The notes beneath the pieces were generated by a model that made no database searches, was not told the DNA's origin, and saw only the letters and a list, made by a program, of their open reading frames with translations. A stretch of 64,000 nt of DNA from positions 103,850,001-103,914,000 of the forward strand of contig OX597815.1 in assembly GCA_951406725.2 (NCBI GenBank), in the 5' to 3' direction. The position numbers and the translations under genes were made by a program. Source of the DNA: Octopus vulgaris (lineage: Eukaryota). Numbering within the stretch: position 1 is the stretch's first letter; each line of letters starts with the position of its first letter. Positions 56,256 through 64,000 of the stretch are shown here, piece after piece.

Positions 56256-57755
56256 GTCATTCATGTATTAAGATATAACGCGCAGTCAGTTTTAGAGAGC
56301 TTTTATGTTGCAACACTACAAGGTAGAAATTGTACTGAAATATCTCTCAAACTGTACTCTTCCGTCTTGCTAAAAAAAAGACGTATTTGAAAATATAGTC
56401 CAGTTTTAACAATATCTAAACAAAAAAAAACGATAGGATAATCGTTGTTTGAATGCCTTTCCTCTTAGGCCAACATGGTCAAGACTAAACTCGGGATAAG
56501 CAAAACAGTTACAAAACAATATTATCCTTTATAGCAGATAGCATTTTGTTGTACGTAATCGGAGCAACGTTTTGTTTGTCTGCAATATTGATCTGAAGAT
56601 GTTCAGGCTTGGCATGAGTCACATCGATTTCTACAGACCGAGAGCGCTTAGAAAGATCATAGCTCTGCCTCCTCCATCCCTGATTAACTTATACAAAATA
56701 CAAAAAGAAAACCTTACGTGCAGCAACTATCTCAAGCTGTCCTTTTAATCAATTCTTGCAAATTATCTCTTATTTTCCTTCACAATAAGCCTAAATGACT
56801 AAAACATTTCTCTTTTCTTTCCACAGTTTTTAATACAGTGATACCTACCTATCTTTCTAGATTTCACAATTCACTAATTCCTACCTGTCCTTCAACAGCT
56901 TACAATTCAGTATCCCTACCCTGCTTTTCTGTTACAATTTACAGATTAATACAGCATACATTTCAGTGGTCTCTATCTTATTTTCTGTAGTGTATAATTT
57001 GATGATTTCCATCCATCTATTATTATGTTCAGTAGATTACATTTCATGAAGCCATAGTCTATGTTTCTCCGGTTTACTCATCACAGAGATATGTTCTCTG
57101 TTTCTACAACTTATATTCCACTCTCCACATTTCTATCTACCTTATAATACCTTGCTATTTATCTTATGATATTAACAAGATATATAACATTGTTATATGT
57201 CTTTATTACTTCAGAATAATAAAAACTTACGAAACGTGTATTCCTCTAATATCGATTTAGTTATACAAATCGGTGTAGAGTTGGTGCTATTGCTGTTGTT
57301 GCTATTTTTCTTGTTCTGGTTGTAGCTCGCGCTAAGGTTGTGGTGTTTCTGTTTTTTTATTTGTTTTGTTTTTTATTTCTATTTTTTTTCTGCTGTTACT
57401 GTTTTATTTTTACTGGTGCTACATTGTTTTTGCTGTCATTTTTTCTCTATAGAAGCAAATCAACATTGACTTGGTTATGTACGTCTGTATCTAAGTAGGT
57501 AGGTTGGCAGATACATGCATGTATGTATGTATGTTTTTATACACCCCACAGGTACCTGTGTCGGTCTTGTCTTAATTGTTAGAGACCCGAGGCAAAATCT
57601 TCTCCATCATGCAGTGAAATGTTGAAGGAAAATTAAAGGGTTTAGATGGGAGTAACACCGAATTGTTATTTCACGCAAAACATGTGGTCAACATCAAATA
57701 GACATGCATGTCTTACATGCATACTTATCACACATATAGACATACACACACACAC

Positions 57756-57803
<48 letters not shown>

Positions 57804-58463
57804 TAATATACCTGCTACGCAAAAGCGTAAATTTACTATTCAATGCAGACAAAGGAAAGAGTTAGTTCATCAGATAACCAGAACATTATGGTTGCACTGG
57901 TGCCTCAATTCTATGTATACAAAAAAAATTTTTCTTTTTATATATACAATGTATAGAACACTGAGCTTAAATAAAATCTGCTTGGTATGCTCAGTAAAAT
58001 ATGTTTCATATCAATTCAGGTGCTGATCAAGATCGGAGAATTAACCGTCTTTAATGTTAACAAAAAACGGGAAGGGATAAGTGGGAGCGGGAAATTAATA
58101 TAGATATTGGAAATATTAAGAAAAGTATTTAATGTAGCTGAGTTCATTAGAGGAGCTTTCTGTGAATGCTAAACGAGTCTATGAATCTACATATTACACT
58201 ACATGTGTTTGTGCGTGTGTGCGTCCGCGCGTGTGCGCGCGCGAACCAGCATGGCCGAATGGTTAAGAAGTTCGATCTGCTGCCAGGACGTTCTGGATTC
58301 AATCCTCCAGTCTGGCTTCGAGTAAATGTCATTTTCTATTGCTGCAGTCCAACTCTTGCTTTGTGAATGGAATCTGATAGACTGTTGACTGGTTTGTTCT
58401 TATATTTCCCGTAGGTACAGGCTTGGCACACACTATGTCATGCTGAACCTTTAAGAGAATTAC

Positions 58464-58765
58464 GGCACATGACTTAGTGGTTAGGGTGTAGCACTCACGA
58501 TCGCCAGATCATTATTTCTGTTCCTGCGGAGTGGAGCGACTGAGTGTTGCGTTGTATTCTTGAACAAAATACTTCAGCTGAAGTTGCTCTGCTATCACTC
58601 CGACACTTGACGCATAGCACATCATGCACCTGCTCAGGCAATGTCAATTTGGTGGAGAGGTGAGATAATGTACAGCACATACATTTGATCACTATAAGTA
58701 AACCATTTGTGAAGGTTGTTCAACAAGAAATTACAGAACCGCATTTCTTGGACTACGGGAGACTA
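58464..58765 (+). mobile_element. tRNA-derived SINE with a head related to family C
   Basis: ggcacatgacttagtggttagggtg...cacgatc...ttcttgaacaaaatacttca. Confidence 0.6.
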
Positions 58766-59849
58766 AAAACATAGCAGGTCTGTGTGGAAAGCTAAGCTAC
58801 TGATACGTTAATTCGGGAGCAGATTAATTGATTGAAGAATTGGATCTTCATCACCGAGTATGGATGGTTACATACATACAAACAAACATGAACAAGGTGG
58901 AAGTTGATCGGGTATTACTTTGCACTAAAACTGTAGCTGTAATGTCTCCTGTCATGCAATCTGTGAAGACGAAAACATACCGCCGTCCCGCTCAACCATG
59001 AATTCCTTATATCCATTTCCTGGCACCCGCAGCAATTCACAGAAAGGTGCAGCCATGATTAGATAATCGCGTTTGATAACATCTACACAAAACCTTAAAT
59101 AAACTGCCACGAAGTAGAAATATTTCATTATTGCAGGCTTATATAACAAACCAAACGGCGCAATAAAATGACCGTCATCTGTAGTTCGTAGTTTGAGGAA
59201 GCTTGAGACGCCAGCGTTTACGTAAAAAATAAATAAATACAAATAAGGTAGAGAAAATATGGACGGTAAATTTTATAGAGGTAAACTTTTGTGCGAGATT
59301 ATAGCAAATCTGTTATTGCTTAAGGTTGTTAAATTGGTAATGAGCAAAAACAGCCAAGATGGCCAGACATCACTATACGGACACCACAAATGTCAACATA
59401 AAGTATCACATACATAAAATACATACACACATACATACTTAAATACACACATGCACATATACGTATGTACGCATGTATGTATGTATGTATGTATGTATGT
59501 ATGTATGTATGTATGTATGTATGCATGCATATGATTGTATGTAGGCTTGTGTGTGTTTCTCTGTGGATGGTTGGGTTTGGCTAAATATACAGAGAAACTG
59601 ATGCATAAAAACAGAAAGTAAGAAAAAGATTTGCATGCCTTTCTCATTCTTTCTCGCTCTCTCATCTTACTTTCCTTTCTCAGTAACTCTCCCTCTCTCC
59701 CCCTTTCTCTCTCTCTCTCTCTCTCTCCCTCTCTCTCTGTGTGCACACACAAACACACATGGCCATCCACACACACACATGCATACACAATCATACTTTA
59801 AATATAAAGAGAGAGAGACATATATATGAATATATATAAATGTATATAC

Positions 59850-59888
<39 letters not shown>

Positions 59889-59889
59889 A

Positions 59890-59920
<31 letters not shown>

Positions 59921-62189
59921 CGTATATGTATATATCTTTATATATGCATTTTGGACGCACGCACACATACATATATATACTTATAAATGAGTGTTTGCGT
60001 GTGTATATGTGGGGTGCGTGTGTGTGTGTTTGTGTGTGTGTGTCTGTGTATCAGTATGTGTTTCTGTCTTTTTTTTCAAAGTATGAATCAAAATCCTTCC
60101 TCTTTCACAGTTCTACGAACCATGTTACTATTTATATGGAGATTAATATTTTTTATGGAATTCTGACATGATCAAACACATTGCGTAAATTTTTATATCA
60201 TCACTTTCTTTGTGTTAGTATTTATTCTATATACTTACACGTATGCCTTCCTTTCTCCCCGGAAATTCGTTTTCATCACAAACGTGATAATCTGCTTTGT
60301 ATGTTTAAAACTGCATTCTCACCTTAATATATAACTTGAGTAGCAATACTTATATCTACGTTTGTGTATATCTGTAAGTGAGAGTGCGTGTGCATGTGTA
60401 CGTGTATGTGTGTGTGTACGTATGTATGTGTGTGTTTGTGTATGTATGTATGTATGTATGTATGTATGTATGTATGTATGTATGTATGTATGCATGTATG
60501 CATGTATGTATGTATGTATGTATGTATGTATGTATGTATATATGTGTGCGTGTCCATGAGTGTCTATGCGCGCTCGTGTCTGTATATGTGTATGAGTGTG
60601 TTGAAATTAGTAGAGGCGTTGGAACCTGAGATGGAGTATCTTGCCTTTCAGTACATGGTCCGGCTAACCGTGCTCTGAGTTCAATGTCGCCGGATTCAGT
60701 TTCTTCGTTTCAAGTTTGATTTTTTTTTAAATACAATTTCAGATTTTTAGATTGGAATTTATCTCTCTCGCTATCCTCCAGGAGAACGCATTTTCCATTT
60801 TGTTGACTCGTATCATGAGAAATGTTTCTATAATGTGAGAGACATGATTCTCCTTTAATTCTCTACTTCCACCAATGCGTATAAGATTTATAACGAAGCA
60901 TATATGACTTGTGTATTTCCATGTGTGCAATATACATGTTCTCTTTTTAAAAGCTAGAATCATCAGTTTGACCTTGTTTTTATTTATAGCTGATGTTTTT
61001 TAGATGATTAGACAGGACTGCCCAATGGTATTATTTGTAGTTATTTGATTTCTGAGTCCAAATTAGGACTTGGCATTCAAATACCATCATAAATCATAGT
61101 ATCGCTTTGATCGCACTGGCAGAAGGTGCAAAGTCGGTCAAATACAGACTGCGAAAATGTCATTTCTCTGCAACTGAACAGTCAGTCCTACTCTCATCAT
61201 ATCAACACACTATTATTGATCACAGTAAGGGTGGAGATATACATTCAACCTTTGTACGTGTGTGCGTGCGCATGCGCCCGTACTATAACAGCATAATTAG
61301 TTTAAATTGATATTCGTAGTATTCTTTACCTTCGATAATATAGTAAATTGCAGTTAGTTTATTAAATGGTGTTTTAACGCAATGCTCTTTCTTTAGCCAT
61401 GCATTAATCCTTGACCGGCTCCACACCTATGCACGGCTTTGGACTGCCTTTAGTACTGTTCCATTGTGTATAATGCAAAAAATTTAAGCAGATCAATGGT
61501 TTCAAGAAGTGTGTTTTATTCCATGCATTATCACGTTTTCTTCCCTTTTTCACTCCTATTTTGAAAACTCCAACAATAAGATGAGGTGGGACTTAACTTT
61601 TTCTCTTCGAATAACCCATAAAAAGAGAAGATTCATATTATGCGTATTTCATAGACTTGTCATAATCTGAACATAACAGCAATGTTTTATGTACTTGCTA
61701 AAGATAGTCGTAAAAACAGAATGCAAACGTCCGCTATTAAGCAAGCAGCCCTTCTATATAGGCATACACACACACACACACACACATTATATAGGCATAC
61801 ACACACACCCACACATTATATAAGCATACACACACACATACATTATATAGGCATACACACACACACACACGCACACACACGTCAAACGCAAATTATATTC
61901 ACGAGACTGGAATTGACTAGAGGCTATAATAATATTCAACATGCCAACAAATACCATGCAGTCCGATCGAAATCTGCACTGCTTTGTTGCCTCACGAAAT
62001 CCTTACCCTTCCAGCTGAACTGGGCTTATCAGGATATATGAGTGTATGTGCGTGTGCTTATAATTCTGTTATTATGTAAGCGAGCAGATCTACATGTTTA
62101 ATGCTAATCAGTAAATCCAGTATCTTTATATCTTAAATTTGACGATAGCAATATATTTGCCAATTTAATTTAAAATATTTAAGGTCATT

Positions 62190-62844
62190 AAGGCGGCGAA
62201 CTGGTAGAAACGTTAGCACGACGGGCAAAATGCTTAGCAGTATTTCGTCTGTCTTTACGTTCTGAGTTCAAATTCAAAGCCCTACTCATAGTATCACATT
62301 TTTGTGTCGTGGTTAAAATAGGTTCCAGCAAGTTAAGTGGAATTGCTTAATAGAACTACCATAAAATGACGCTTCTTTTCTAAGATAACATCATCTTTGT
62401 GTGTACTCGGCGGATACATATCCCATATAAATGTTGGTGTATACATGGGATATGTTCTTGTATATATGTATGATTTTTAGATGATTAGACAGGACTGCCC
62501 AATGGTATTATTTGTATTTATTTGATTTCTGAGTCCAAATTAGGACTTGGCATTCAAATACCATCATAAATCATATTATCGCTTTGATCGCACTGGCAGA
62601 AGGTGCAAAGTCGGTCAAATACAGTCTGCAAAAATGTCTTTTCTCTGCAACTGAACATCTGAAATACTTAGTGGTATTTCGTCTGTCTTTACGTTCTGAG
62701 TTCAAATTCTGCCGCGGTCGACTTTGCCTTTCATCCTTTCGGGGTCGATAAATTAAGCACTGGCGTCGATGTAATCGACATAGCCCCTTTTGTCTGTCCT
62801 TGTGTGTTCTCTCTATGTTTAGACCCTGTGGGCAATAAAGAAAT
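62190..62844 (+). mobile_element. SINE family A interrupted by about 385 bp of locally copied DNA; 16-bp TSD
   Basis: TSD aaatatttaaggt(c/t)at at 62173-62188 and 62845-62860. SINE pieces at 62190-62275 and 62660-62844. Confidence 0.88.
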
Positions 62845-62924
62845 AAATATTTAAGGTTATGGAAAAAAATATCTCGATAATAATGATGCGTGTATGTTTG
62901 TTATTTAGAATATTAATCGATACA

Positions 62925-63133
62925 AAGGCAGCGAGCTAGCAGAAACGTTAGTGAAATACTTAGTGGTATTTCGTCTGTCTTTACGTTCTGAGTTCAAATT
63001 CTGCCGAGGTCGACTTTGCCTTTCATCCTTTCGGGGTCGATAAATTAAGTATCAGTTGCATACTGGGGTCGATCAAAACGACTGCCCTCCCTATCTCAAA
63101 ATTTAGGGCCTTGTACCTAGATTAGAAAAGAAT
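62925..63133 (+). mobile_element. SINE family A, full length
   Basis: aggcagcgagctagcagaaacgttag...aaaatttagggccttgtacctagattagaaaag. Confidence 0.9.
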
Positions 63134-64000
63134 ATTAATTGATACACATTCATGTATGTTGAAAGCATTAGCAAGTTTCTCATACATATAAGTACATGCA
63201 TGCATACATATATACAAACATACATACATACATATATACATATATGTAAGAACATATCCCATGTATACACCACCATTTATATGGGATATGTATTCGCCGA
63301 GTACACGCAAAGATAATGTTATCTTAGAAAGAAGCGTCATTTTATGGTAGTTCTATTAAGCAATTCCACTTAACTTGCTGGTACCTATTTTAACCACGAC
63401 ACAAAAATGTGATACTATGTTGAAAATGATATTATTCTTATAGAGATTGTTCCATATCAGTTTCGATTGTTCTTCATTTAATGAATCAGTAATAACTAGT
63501 ATGTTTGAAGAAGTGTAAAATATTTTATAATTCTTCAAATATAATATGCTGAAATATGTTGTACCTACTATCCTTCCTTTTCGCTGTATGCCGATATCGT
63601 GATATATTCACAAATATACTTAATTTAGCTTAAAATAGTATCCCTTAACTTCGATTATATACAAAATGGCAGTTCTAATGCGATGCTCTTCATCACTATA
63701 CATAAGAGCTTTTTCTTTAGTTATTTATTAATTCAGCTCCCAGCTTCACACCTCCATCTGGCCTTTAGATGGCTTTAACAGAATCCAATGCGTTGCATTG
63801 CAAACTATTTAGCCAGATCAATGGTTTCAAGACTTGTAAGTGATTCCATATAGTATGATGTATTCATCCCGTTTCCACTCCTATTTTCGGATCTCTAGCA
63901 TTAACGTTGAGTGGGGGTTACCTCCCAAAATAATCCATAAAAGGAAAATATTCCTATTCTATATATTAAATTTCATCATCAGACCATAACACCCATATAT

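Larger units (their letters stand above)
61410..63960 (+). repeat. Old diverged direct repeat pair (about 61410-61640 and 63735-63960)
   Basis: Shared blocks cagatcaatggtttcaaga, attccat, cactcctatttt and ccataaaa occur in the same order in both copies. Confidence 0.7.

Overview
AT-rich, microsatellite-dense eukaryotic DNA with no supportable host protein-coding gene. The repeat families look like those of Octopus (recognised from memory, not searched). Almost all ORFs in the track are translations of (TA)n, (CA)n, (TATG)n, (TAGA)n or (CAT)n tracts. The identifiable content is decayed mobile DNA: two Dong/R4-like RLE non-LTR fragments, two CR1-group LINE copies, a mariner remnant, a maT-like (DD37D) remnant, several tRNA-type SINE families, a TTAA MITE, and many Penelope-like element (PLE) pieces at (TA)n tracts. 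The PLE pieces include a Neptune-like and a Naiad-like GIY-YIG fragment. The most notable signal is a set of minimal type I hammerhead ribozyme (HHR) motifs in these pieces, often inside fold-back structures. The clearest case is a 443-bp palindrome (44920-45362), perfect by eye, with an intact-looking HHR on each strand. A second fold-back is centred exactly on the palindromic stem-III loop of an HHR.
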